DNA from: an uncultured delta proteobacterium
GTDB lineage: Bacteria > Desulfobacterota > Binatia > Binatales > Binataceae
Direction of reading: 5' to 3'
Assembly: GCA_963794325.1 (NCBI GenBank)
Contig: CAWCDG010000003.1
Coordinates: 96,001-160,000, forward strand
DNA: 64,000 bases
The notes under the pieces were generated by a model. The model had not been told where the DNA came from. It ran no database searches and saw nothing but the letters and a program-made list of their open reading frames with translations. Position 1 is the first letter of the stretch, and every line of letters begins with the position of its first letter. This document shows, one piece after another, positions 9,242 to 17,972 of the stretch. The position numbers were made by a program, and so were the translations under genes.

Positions 9242-9510
9242 CTTGATCCGCAGAACCCTCACCTACCGGCGGCTGCGCCCGCCGGCCGCCTCTCCCGTAA
9301 AGTAACGGGCGAGGTATTTGGAGGCGGCGAGCGGCCGGGCAAGACTACTCAAAGAAGGAGCCGGGATTCTTCGCTTCGCTCTAGAATGACACAAGGAAAG
9401 AACCTGGGAGCGGAAGGGCGTCCTCGACATTTCGCGATTTCCTGTCACTAAGGTGCAGGGCTTAGCCCTGCCGAAGGAAGTTTGAAACCCATCGCGGGTT
9501 TCATTTTAAT
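9242..9510 (-). repeat. Right arm of the long inverted repeat: REP module, family D copy and family A copy 4
   Basis: Reverse complement of 7683-7888 with an extra internal family D unit. Confidence 0.85.
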
Positions 9511-9514
9511 CTCG

Positions 9515-9868
9515 CTAGGCGTCGTCTTCGCCTGAGTCGTCGGCCGAATCGGCGCCGCTCTCGATTTGCTCGACTGCTTCGTCGAAGTCTGGGCCGCTGA
9601 ATTCGTCGCCCATTTCTTTACCCATCCGCTTCATCATCCGGGCGACGCTCTTTGGATCGTTCTCGTCGATGTCACCCATCTTCGATGGGTCCGCGAGCGA
9701 ATCCATCCGCGATTCCTCGCTGCGCGGCATCGCGAAGCGGGACATGAGGCGGCTCATTTTTTTTCCGCCGCAATGGGTGCAGACCGCTTCGACTTTTTCG
9801 CTGATGCGCGTGGTCAAGACGCTGGTAATACGGCGGCACTTCTCGCAACGATATTCGTAGATCGGCAT
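9515..9868 (-). CDS. FmdB-family zinc-ribbon regulatory protein
   Basis: MPIYEYRCEKC...CTHCGG signature. Confidence 0.9.
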   Translation of the reverse strand: MPIYEYRCEKCRRITSVLTTRISEKVEAVCTHCGGKKMSRLMSRFAMPRSEESRMDSLADPSKMGDIDENDPKSVARMMKRMGKEMGDEFSGPDFDEAVEQIESGADSADDSGEDDA

Positions 9869-9924
9869 GTCATCCGATTGTATCCGCTGTTAGAGCTTGT
9901 GAGCGAATTGAACAGCGGGCGAAA

Positions 9925-10048
9925 TGGAGCGCGCGCAGCGCGCGAACTCGGAGACCGGAACCGGCTTCGCGTGTGGCGCGAAGGTGTCCGGAAGCCAGAA
10001 GCCATGTCCTCCCGTCGCTAACGCTCCCGTCGTCAGGGTGACACAAGA
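9925..10048. repeat. Dispersed repeat family F
   Basis: 9925-9990 matches 43407-43472 with two mismatches; both are followed by a CAGG(G/A)TGACACAAG module. Confidence 0.8.
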
Positions 10049-10120
10049 GGCTTGATTGCGGTGGAAGGGTCGGGATACTTGGAGCCGAAGAACCCTTCGG
10101 CGTTGCTCAGGGCAGGCTCT

Positions 10121-10250
10121 AGCCCTAACCCCTTTTTTCGGTCCTCGCGGGAAGGGGAACCGGATACCTAACCCCTAACCCCTTCCCATAGTGGGAAGGG
10201 GAACCGGACGAGTGGGATGGGGAACCGGACGAGCGGGAAGGGGAAGCGGA
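10121..10250. repeat. REP-like family C (CCTAACCCC..CCCCTTCCC-loop-GGGAAGGGGAAC) with ~21-bp tandem half-sites
   Basis: Same unit at 16437, 16499, 19274, 21812 and 38515. Confidence 0.8.
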
Positions 10251-10308
10251 TTTTTGGGGAATCAGCGTCGAGATGAAGGTGGCGATCGATCTTTTGATTC
10301 GGATGTTG

Positions 10309-10384
10309 GTGGCACAGGCTTTAGCCTGTGATTTTCTGGTTCATGCAAGTCCAGGAAAGAATCACAGGCTGAAGCCTGTGCCAC
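10309..10384. repeat. REP doublet (REPIN-like), family E
   Basis: GTGG-CACAGGC-TTTA-GCCTGTG and an inverted copy 32 nt later; 37-bp exact inverted match at 25927-25963. Confidence 0.85.
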
Positions 10385-10388
10385 GTCT

Positions 10389-11174
10389 ATGAGTGACCTT
10401 CGGCTGATGTGGCGCAACACGCGGATGGTCGTGTTGTGCGCTATTTCGGCTGCGCTGTATGCGGCCGTGCTGGTGCCGTTCAAGGTGGTGCCGTTGATTC
10501 CGGGCGTCACCGAACTGCGTCCGGCCAACGCGATTCCGGTAGTCTGCTCGTTCCTGTTCGGGCCGGCCGCGGCGTGGGGTTCCGCGATCGGAAATATGAT
10601 TGGCGACTTTTTCGGCGGCGTATCGCCGGGCGACATCGCGGGATTCCTGGCGAACCTGGCTTATGGATGGATCCCGTACAAAGTGTGGGAATTGATCGCG
10701 CGTGGCGAGAGTCCGGTTCTTAATTCCCCTCGGATAGTTTTCAAGTACGTTGTCGCATGCCTGGCTGCGAGCGTTTTGTGCGCCGACCTGGTCGGATGGG
10801 CCGATAACGTATTGGTCATCCGGCCGTTCGCGATGCTGGGTAACGTGATCATTTTCAACAACATGATTTCTGCGCTCGCGCTCTCGCCGTTCATCCTGGC
10901 GGCGGTCTATCCGCGGGTGAAAAAAGGCCGGATGCTTTACACGGACGTGATGCCGGAGGTGAAGCTCAAGCCGGTGCCGATACGCGCTACGGGTTTCGCG
11001 ATACTGATAACGGGCGAGGCTGGCGCGTGGATTTTTGGAAATCTGCTTTCGACCGGGTACTGGGCGCCGAAGTTCCTGCCGGCGTGGATGATCGTCGCGC
11101 CGTACGATAAACCGATCCTGATTATAGTCAGCCCGTTCCTGGTGTTGGCGTTCGCGGGACTCTTAATGATGTGA
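10389..11174 (+). CDS. ECF transporter S component (QueT-like)
   Basis: AALYAAVL, ELRPANAIP and FGPAAAWGSAIGNMIGD; followed by ECF ATPase and T genes. Confidence 0.8.
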   Translation: MSDLRLMWRNTRMVVLCAISAALYAAVLVPFKVVPLIPGVTELRPANAIPVVCSFLFGPAAAWGSAIGNMIGDFFGGVSPGDIAGFLANLAYGWIPYKVWELIARGESPVLNSPRIVFKYVVACLAASVLCADLVGWADNVLVIRPFAMLGNVIIFNNMISALALSPFILAAVYPRVKKGRMLYTDVMPEVKLKPVPIRATGFAILITGEAGAWIFGNLLSTGYWAPKFLPAWMIVAPYDKPILIIVSPFLVLAFAGLLMM

Positions 11175-12907
11175 AAACCGTTTTTTCAGTGAATCGTGGC
11201 CAGCACGCAGTGTCGGTTCAGGGAGTGACCTTCACGTATCACGGCGCGGATCGGTCGGCGCTTCGGGCGGTGAGTCTCGTGCAGAATGCGGGCGAGATGA
11301 TCGGGGTGATGGGTGCGTCGGGCGCTGGCAAGTCGACTTTTGCGAAGTGCCTCAATCGGATCATCCCGGAGTTCGAGGACGGCGATTTTCACGGCGCGAT
11401 CCGTATCGCCGGCGAATCGATCGAACATCTGCGGGTATGCGACCTCGCGCCGAAGGTCGGCATGGTGTTTCAGGATTTCGAGTCGCAGTTGTTTTCGACC
11501 AACGTCGCACACGAAGTTGCGTTCGCGATGGAGCAAGTCGGAATGGACCGCGCCGAAATGGATCGCCGAATCATGCCCGCACTGGAAGCCGTCGGGCTGC
11601 GTGGCTTCGAGCATCGCGATCCGATGTCGTTGTCGGGCGGCGAAAAGCAGCGGCTGGCGATCGCGTCGGTGCTGGCGCTGCGCCCGTCGGTTATCGTGCT
11701 CGACGAGCCGACCACCGATCTCGATCCGGAGGGCAGGGCGGAAGTCTTCGAGCTGATCAGAAAATTGCGCGGGCAAGGCTTGAGCCTGATCGTGATCGAG
11801 CATGAGTCGGAGGAGCTGCGCGCCGCGGACCGTATCGTGGTGCTGCGCGAGGGCGAAGTCGCAGCGGACGGACCGCCGGCGGAAGTGTTCGCGCGGACGG
11901 AGCTGCTCACCGCGTGCGGCGTGCGTCCGCCGGGCCTGGGCCGCGCACTCGAGCTGCTTGGAATCGACGCGCAGGCGAAGAGCGTCGAGCAGGCTTACGA
12001 GGTGATCGTGCGCGCGTATCCGAGCGTGGTGGGAACGACGTATGACAGTATCGCGCGGTCTCGCGTGCCCGCAGCGCCGAAGGCGGAGGATAATGCGATC
12101 GCCGGTCCGGCGTTTATCGAGATCGAAAACCTGAGCTACAGCTACGCGGGCGGGCCGCGAGTGCTCGACTCGATCGATCTCAAAGTTGAAGCCGGCGAGT
12201 TCCTCGCGATCGTCGGGCAGAATGGTTCCGGGAAAACGACTCTCGCGAAGCATATTGTGGGACTGCTGCAGCCGGCGACGGGACGAATCACGATCGACGG
12301 CAAGGACCGTGCGCAGATGCGTCCGGCGGAGACGGCGCGCGAGGTCGCGTACGTTTTCCAGAATCCGGACCATCAGATTTTTGCCGCGACGGTTGATGAT
12401 GAAGTTGCATTCGGGCCGCGCAACTTCGGGCTGGACGACGGCGAGATTCGACGGCGATGCGACGAGGCGCTCGAAGCGGTAGGACTTCAGAACGAGCGCC
12501 AGAGCGATCCGTTTATGCTCAGCAAGGGAGAGCGGCAGCGGCTGGCAGTCGCGAGCGTGCTGGTGCTGCGGCCGCGGATGTTGATACTCGACGAGCCGAC
12601 CACCGGGCTGGACCATCGCGAACAACTTCGCATGATGGGGCTGGTGCGCGACCTCAACCGCAGTGGGATCGCGATCGTGATAATCACGCATACGCCGTGG
12701 CTGGTCGCGGAGTACGCGCGGCGGGTGGTGCTGATGCGCAAGGGCGCGAAGATTTTCGACGGCGGGGTGCGCGAGTTTTTTATGCAGGAGCAGCTGCTGC
12801 AATCGTCGTCATTCCGCGCTCCTGAAATAACCGAGCTGAGCCGCCGTTTCGGGACGCTGGCGCTGACCACCGACGAATTCGTCGGGTGGGTGAAGGGGCG
12901 ATCCTGA
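11171..12907 (+). CDS. ECF transporter fused double ATPase (A-A')
   Basis: Two Walker A motifs (GASGAGKS, GQNGSGKT), LSGGEKQR/LSKGERQR and two LDEPTT. Confidence 0.93.
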   Translation: MKTVFSVNRGQHAVSVQGVTFTYHGADRSALRAVSLVQNAGEMIGVMGASGAGKSTFAKCLNRIIPEFEDGDFHGAIRIAGESIEHLRVCDLAPKVGMVFQDFESQLFSTNVAHEVAFAMEQVGMDRAEMDRRIMPALEAVGLRGFEHRDPMSLSGGEKQRLAIASVLALRPSVIVLDEPTTDLDPEGRAEVFELIRKLRGQGLSLIVIEHESEELRAADRIVVLREGEVAADGPPAEVFARTELLTACGVRPPGLGRALELLGIDAQAKSVEQAYEVIVRAYPSVVGTTYDSIARSRVPAAPKAEDNAIAGPAFIEIENLSYSYAGGPRVLDSIDLKVEAGEFLAIVGQNGSGKTTLAKHIVGLLQPATGRITIDGKDRAQMRPAETAREVAYVFQNPDHQIFAATVDDEVAFGPRNFGLDDGEIRRRCDEALEAVGLQNERQSDPFMLSKGERQRLAVASVLVLRPRMLILDEPTTGLDHREQLRMMGLVRDLNRSGIAIVIITHTPWLVAEYARRVVLMRKGAKIFDGGVREFFMQEQLLQSSSFRAPEITELSRRFGTLALTTDEFVGWVKGRS

Positions 12908-13695
12908 TGCCGATTTATCTCTACATCGATCGCGGCACCTTCGTTCATCGGCTGCATCCGACGGTCAAGGTGTTCTCGCTGTTCGTCATGTTCTGGTCGG
13001 TGTACTGGGTGGACAATCCGGTTGCGCTGATCCCGATTGGGCTGGTGATGCTGTGGATTGCGCAGCTCACCGATTCGTGGCCGAACTTCTACCGGCTGCG
13101 CTGGCTGTTTGCGATTTTGGTCTTTACGACAACGATCGCATGGATGGTTTTTTATCGGCGGGGCGCGGTGCTGGTGAATATCCCGGTATTTCACGTCAGC
13201 CGATTGTCGCTGGTGTTTGGCCTGGGGCGAGGAATCAAGCTGGCGGAATTGCTGGCGGCGTCGGTGCTGTTTCTGTCGACCACCAAGATCGAGGAGTTCA
13301 CCTACGGACTGCAGCGGATGCGGGTGCCGTATCGGGTCAGCTTCGCGATCTCGCTCTCGTTCCGGCTGGTGCCGCTGTTTATCGACTCGGCCGTGACGAT
13401 CGTCGATGCCCAGCGGTTGCGCGGTTACGATTTCAACCAGGGCGGTCCGCTCGAGCGCGTGCGGCGCTACGTGCCGGTGGTGATTCCGGTTTTCATGGGC
13501 GCGTTGCGCAAGGCGAATAACATGGCGATGGCTCTGGAAGCGCGCGGCTTCGGCTTTATCCACGAGCCGACGACGTTTATCGAATACCCGGTGACATTGG
13601 CGGATATCGCGGCGTTCGCGTTTCTGATCGGCCTCGGAACAGTATATTTCATGCTGTACTACACGGGGCTGGGCGGAATCGGGCCCGTGAAATAG
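12907..13695 (+). CDS. ecfT: ECF transporter transmembrane T component
   Basis: LHPTVK, AQRLRG and ALEARGF motifs; TGATG overlap. Confidence 0.9.
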   Translation: MPIYLYIDRGTFVHRLHPTVKVFSLFVMFWSVYWVDNPVALIPIGLVMLWIAQLTDSWPNFYRLRWLFAILVFTTTIAWMVFYRRGAVLVNIPVFHVSRLSLVFGLGRGIKLAELLAASVLFLSTTKIEEFTYGLQRMRVPYRVSFAISLSFRLVPLFIDSAVTIVDAQRLRGYDFNQGGPLERVRRYVPVVIPVFMGALRKANNMAMALEARGFGFIHEPTTFIEYPVTLADIAAFAFLIGLGTVYFMLYYTGLGGIGPVK

Positions 13696-13781
13696 CAAAT
13701 TAGTGAAATAACTCAAGTAGCGAACAACTTCGCCGATGCTTACTATCGGCTGGCAAATCGAAGACATCGCGGGGAACGGTA

Positions 13782-14831
13782 ATGAGTGTCAAATCAGAGT
13801 TTCTGAAAAAACCGATCGAGCATGTCGATATCACGCGCGAAAGCGTGGTGCCGATTGTCGAAGCGATGGGGCAGATGGCGTACAGCGCGCGCGACTTGCA
13901 TCGCGCGGCCACGATTTACGATCGGATGCTGCGCGATCGCGACTGCGGCGTGATCCTGTGCCTGGCGGGGTCGCTGATCAGCGCGGGGCTGAAGCGGGTG
14001 TTTGCCGACATGATTCGCAATCACATGGTCGATGCGATCGTCAGCACCGGCGCGAATATCGTGGATCAGGATTTTTTCGAGGCGCTCGGCTTCAAGCATT
14101 GGATGGCCGAGGATCGCTTCAAGTACGGACTCGATGACGACAAGCTGCGCGAGCTGCATATCGATCGAATCTACGACACGCTGATCGACGAAGACGAACT
14201 GCGCGTGTGCGACGAGACGATTCATAAAATCACCGACAGCCTCGAGCCGCGGCCGTATTCGTCGCGCGAATTCGTCGGCGAGATGGGCAAGTACCTGGCC
14301 GAGACGGGCGCGAAGAGCGGCGCGAGTATCGTGCTCGAGGCGTATCGCGAAGAGGTCCCGATTTTCTGTCCGGCGTTCAGCGACTGCTCGGCGGGTTTCG
14401 GACTGGTAGCGCATCAGGCGGCGCGGCATGGGAAGCCCAAGGTCTCGATCGACAGCGCGAAGGATTTTTACGAATTGACACGGCTCAAGGTGAAGAACGA
14501 AAGCACGGGACTGTTCATGATCGGCGGCGGCGTCCCGAAAAACTTCGCGCAGGATATCGTCGTCGCGGCTGAGGTGCTCGGGCATGACGTGCCGATGCAC
14601 AAGTACGCGATTCAGATCACCGTCGCTGACGTGCGCGACGGCGCACTCTCAGGCAGCACCCTCAAAGAAGCCAGCAGCTGGGGCAAAGTCGATACGACCT
14701 ACGAGCAAATGGTGTATTGCGAGGCGACAATCGCAGTCCCGCTAATCGTCGGCTACGCATACCACAAGCGCGGCTGGGAAGGGCGCTCGTCGCGCAAGTG
14801 GAGCTCGGCGCTGGATAAGGATCAGGTGTAG
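13782..14831 (+). CDS. Deoxyhypusine synthase-like protein (probable homospermidine synthesis, SpeY-like)
   Basis: IVSTGAN, GGGVPKNF and GALSGSTLKEASSWGKV with the catalytic Lys. Confidence 0.92.
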   Translation: MSVKSEFLKKPIEHVDITRESVVPIVEAMGQMAYSARDLHRAATIYDRMLRDRDCGVILCLAGSLISAGLKRVFADMIRNHMVDAIVSTGANIVDQDFFEALGFKHWMAEDRFKYGLDDDKLRELHIDRIYDTLIDEDELRVCDETIHKITDSLEPRPYSSREFVGEMGKYLAETGAKSGASIVLEAYREEVPIFCPAFSDCSAGFGLVAHQAARHGKPKVSIDSAKDFYELTRLKVKNESTGLFMIGGGVPKNFAQDIVVAAEVLGHDVPMHKYAIQITVADVRDGALSGSTLKEASSWGKVDTTYEQMVYCEATIAVPLIVGYAYHKRGWEGRSSRKWSSALDKDQV

Positions 14832-14857
14832 GTGGGGAAGGGGGAAGCCATTACATC

Positions 14858-15096
14858 TTATGTGAAACCCTTCGCGGGTTTCACGCTTCCGCGGCAGGGG
14901 TGACCCCTGCACCCAGTATTAAGAAAAGAAGCGGGACTTCGTCCCTGTTACGAAGTCAAATGGGTAGGAGCCGTCCTTCCACCGCTGTTTTCGTGTTGTT
15001 TCGGCCATTCCATCTTTGTGTCATTCAGAGCGCAGCGAAGAATCCCGGATCCTTCTTCCCTTCTCCCTGTAACGGAGAGGATTAAGGTGAGGGTCC
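14858..15096. repeat. Repeat cluster: family A copy 5 (14858-14949), family D (15014-15048), family C-like (15058-15096)
   Basis: Direct sequence match to other copies; lies between convergent genes. Confidence 0.8.
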
Positions 15097-15154
15097 TTAT
15101 ACAGCGCGCGATTTTTCGCGCGCGACTTAGATTCTGATTTCAATCACCCGGCGC

Positions 15155-16198
15155 TTAGGCGCCGCGGTCGACTGGGAGGTGGGCGTCTTTCCATTCGAGC
15201 ATGCCGCCTTTCAGGTTCCAGACGTGCTCGAAGCCCAGGCCGGTCAGGATTGCGGCGGCGGTGGCGCTGCGGACTCCTACTCTGCATATCGCGACGATGT
15301 CGAGGCCCTTCATGTTTGCCAGCTCGTCGGTTCGTTCGGGAAGTTCCTTCAGTGGGATCAGGCGTGCGCCTGCGATGTGGCCTAGCTCTCCGCGGTACTC
15401 GTCTGGTTCGCGGACGTCGATGAGTATCGGGGGATTGGAGCTTGCCAGGCGGTCGCGCAACTCCGCGGCGGTCAATTGACGCACCTGGTTTAGTTGGGAG
15501 AGGGTTGGGAACTTCAGCGCGCCGGCATCGAGGTCGGATTCGTTGGGTTGCAGTGATTCCTGGATTCCGTCGGGCAGCGGCAAGCCGAGATTGTTCATCA
15601 GGTTGATGTAGTCGTCGCGCGATTTGCCGGCCAGCCGCGGGTTCGAGCGCTTTTCATCTTGAATGGTGGACTGGGTATGTCCGCGATAGTCATGCGCCGG
15701 AAAAACCAGCGTCTCATCCGGCAGCGTGAACAGCTTGCGGGTTATCGAATCGTACTGCACGCCCGCGTCGCCGCCCGCGAAATCAGCGCGGCCGGTACCG
15801 TGGATGAACAATACGTCGCCGGTAAAGACTCGATCTTTCGCGAGCAAGCTAATTGAATCCGGAGTGTGGCCCGGAGTATGGAGGGCTCGTAGCTGCTCGT
15901 CGCCCACCTTCAGCGTTTGAGCGTCTTCGACGTGGATACTGACGTGCGGCGCCGGTGCAAGGCGATGCATCGCGACGGGCGCGTCGGCCAGCGCGCCCAA
16001 CTCCATCGCGCCGCTGCGATGATCGGCGTGAGTGTGGGTGTCGATGATCAAGTCGAGATGCAGTCCGTGATAGGCGAGGACCGCGAGGTAACGTTCGACC
16101 TTGTCGCGCAGCGGGTCGATGATGGCGGCCTTGCGGGTTGCTTCCGCGATCGCGAGGTAAGTTTTGCACTTGCCGTGATTAAGTTCGCGAAAGATCAT
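15155..16198 (-). CDS. Persulfide dioxygenase (ETHE1-like MBL) - rhodanese fusion
   Basis: THTHADH, HTPGHT, GTGRADF and PAHDY; C-terminal rhodanese with CRVGVRS. Confidence 0.9.
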   Translation of the reverse strand: MIFRELNHGKCKTYLAIAEATRKAAIIDPLRDKVERYLAVLAYHGLHLDLIIDTHTHADHRSGAMELGALADAPVAMHRLAPAPHVSIHVEDAQTLKVGDEQLRALHTPGHTPDSISLLAKDRVFTGDVLFIHGTGRADFAGGDAGVQYDSITRKLFTLPDETLVFPAHDYRGHTQSTIQDEKRSNPRLAGKSRDDYINLMNNLGLPLPDGIQESLQPNESDLDAGALKFPTLSQLNQVRQLTAAELRDRLASSNPPILIDVREPDEYRGELGHIAGARLIPLKELPERTDELANMKGLDIVAICRVGVRSATAAAILTGLGFEHVWNLKGGMLEWKDAHLPVDRGA

Positions 16199-16276
16199 TT
16201 CGGTCGTAGCCTCGTCGTTCAGCTTAGCAAGTGATGGCCGCGGCGAAGAAGACAGGGAAGAGGAAAACTTGATCTA

Positions 16277-16403
16277 ATTCGAAACCCACGGTGGGTTTCA
16301 AACTTCCTCGGCAGGGGTGATCCCTGCACCCGGTGAAAAGTACTAATCGCGAAATGTCGAGGACGACATTTCGCTCTCAGGTTCTTTTCCTGTGTCATTC
16401 TAG
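16277..16403 (+). repeat. Repeat family A, copy 6
   Basis: Includes the perfect 11-bp stem GCGAAATGTCG-AGGA-CGACATTTCGC. Confidence 0.85.
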
Positions 16404-16429
16404 TGTGATGTCCCGCAAGTATCTTTCAG

Positions 16430-16564
16430 GAACAGAGCCCTAACCCCTGGCCCCTTCCCCAAAGGGGAAGGGGATTTTAAGAAACATTCCGCGATGTCCT
16501 ATCCCCTCGCCCCCTTTCCCGCGGGAAAGGGGGAACAGAGCAGAAAATTCAAGAGAGTGTGATC
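16430..16564. repeat. Family C REP pair; empty-site paralog of the IS1595 target
   Basis: Colinear with 19266-19362 joined to 21758-21800. Confidence 0.85.
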
Positions 16565-16867
16565 TATCCCCCTCACTGTGCTTTGGCTTCGTTTGGGATG
16601 ACATAAAGATACGACACACAAACAAAAAGACATCGCAATAAGCGACTTCGTCTGATTTTCACCCACGTCATCAAAATCCGCTGAACCATTCGTTCACCGC
16701 GGCGTAACGCCTTTCATAATGAGGGCGGCCGCTACAGAAGGAAGGTTCTGGAGTACTTTGCGACGATATTGAGTCGCAACAGTGTTCGTAATGAACACTG
16801 CGACGCAAGCAGCGACGGTGCCAAGAGGTCTAATAACAGCACTCGATAGAAATCAGAGGTGAAAACA

Positions 16868-17626
16868 ATGCCGCAGAATAAGCGCTACGGATGGGTCCCG
16901 GATCTTCCCGACCATCGCGATCAACTTTACGCTGCACCGGTCGTAAATTTGGCGACGTTTCCGTCGCAGAAGGATCTTCGTCCCCAATGCCCAGCGGTTT
17001 ACGACCAGGGCGATCTTGGCAGTTGCACGGCCAACGCGATTGCCGGCGCGGTCCAGTTCGATCTGATGAAGGAGTCGAAGCCGGTGTTCACTCCGTCGCG
17101 ACTCTTCATCTACTACAACGAGCGCGTGATCGAGGGCACTGTCAACTCGGACAGCGGCGCGATGATACGCGACGGTATCAAAAGCATCGCGCACCAGGGT
17201 GACGCGCCGGAGACCGACTGGCCGTACGACATCGCGAAGTTCGCTATGAAGCCGTCGCCCAAGACGTATACCGACGCGAAGAAGCACAAGGCCGTGCTCT
17301 ACCAGCGGCTTATGCAGGACCTCGCGCAGATGAAGGGATGTCTCGCGTCCGGATTTCCGTTCGTGTTCGGATTCACCGTCTACCAGAGCTTCGAAACTCC
17401 GCAAGTCGCCAGCACGGGTGTGGTGCCGATGCCCGCGCCGAGTTAAAAGTCAGTTGGCGGCCACGCCGTGATGGCGGTTGGATACGACGACAGCCAGCAA
17501 AGGTTCATCGTCCGCAACTCGTGGGGCACAACCTGGGGAATGGCGGGCTACTTCACCATGCCCTACACCTACCTGACCCAGTCGAATCTGTCGGACGATT
17601 TCTGGAAGGTCAGTGTGGTTAACTAA
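16868..17626 (+). pseudogene. Papain-family (C1) cysteine peptidase with an in-frame TAA at 17444-17446
   Basis: YDQGDLGSCTANA before the stop; GGHAVMAVGYDD and RNSWG continue in the same frame after it. Confidence 0.85.
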
Positions 17627-17649
17627 GTTCTACGTGATCCGCTGAGTGG

Positions 17650-17961
17650 CTAAGCGCCGGCCCGAATTCTCAATGTGTAGGTTCGCGCCGGCGCTGCCTT
17701 CTGCCACTGACGTCCATAGTGTAGCTCGATGGTCGAGTTTCCGGGCGAATCAACCTTGAACTGCCACTGATGCGTGCCGCTTTTCCCCGGGGCGGCACTT
17801 GGATTTGCCAACGAGTCCGCGACGACCGAACACACCGGCTCTCCTCCGGATTTGATATTCCAACTGAATCCCGCGGTTCGAATCTCCGTCAGCGAGACTT
17901 CGAAGGTCTCTCCCACCCGCACTTCGATCTCATGTCCGTCGTCGGCGTCGGTAAGCTGCAC
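17650..17961 (-). CDS. Chagasin-like (I42) cysteine protease inhibitor
   Basis: VGETFEVSL..TAGFSW, PGKSG..WQF and YGRQW; convergent with the C1 peptidase. Confidence 0.8.
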   Translation of the reverse strand: MQLTDADDGHEIEVRVGETFEVSLTEIRTAGFSWNIKSGGEPVCSVVADSLANPSAAPGKSGTHQWQFKVDSPGNSTIELHYGRQWQKAAPARTYTLRIRAGA

Positions 17962-17972
17962 TGGTAGATTTC

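Noticed and set aside
4224-16403. Integron attC cassette array
   Set aside because: Family A lacks RYYYAAC/GTTRRRY ends, gene orientations vary, and no integrase is present.
17444-17446. Selenocysteine or pyrrolysine readthrough in the peptidase
   Set aside because: The codon is TAA, at a non-catalytic position; TAA ends many other genes here.
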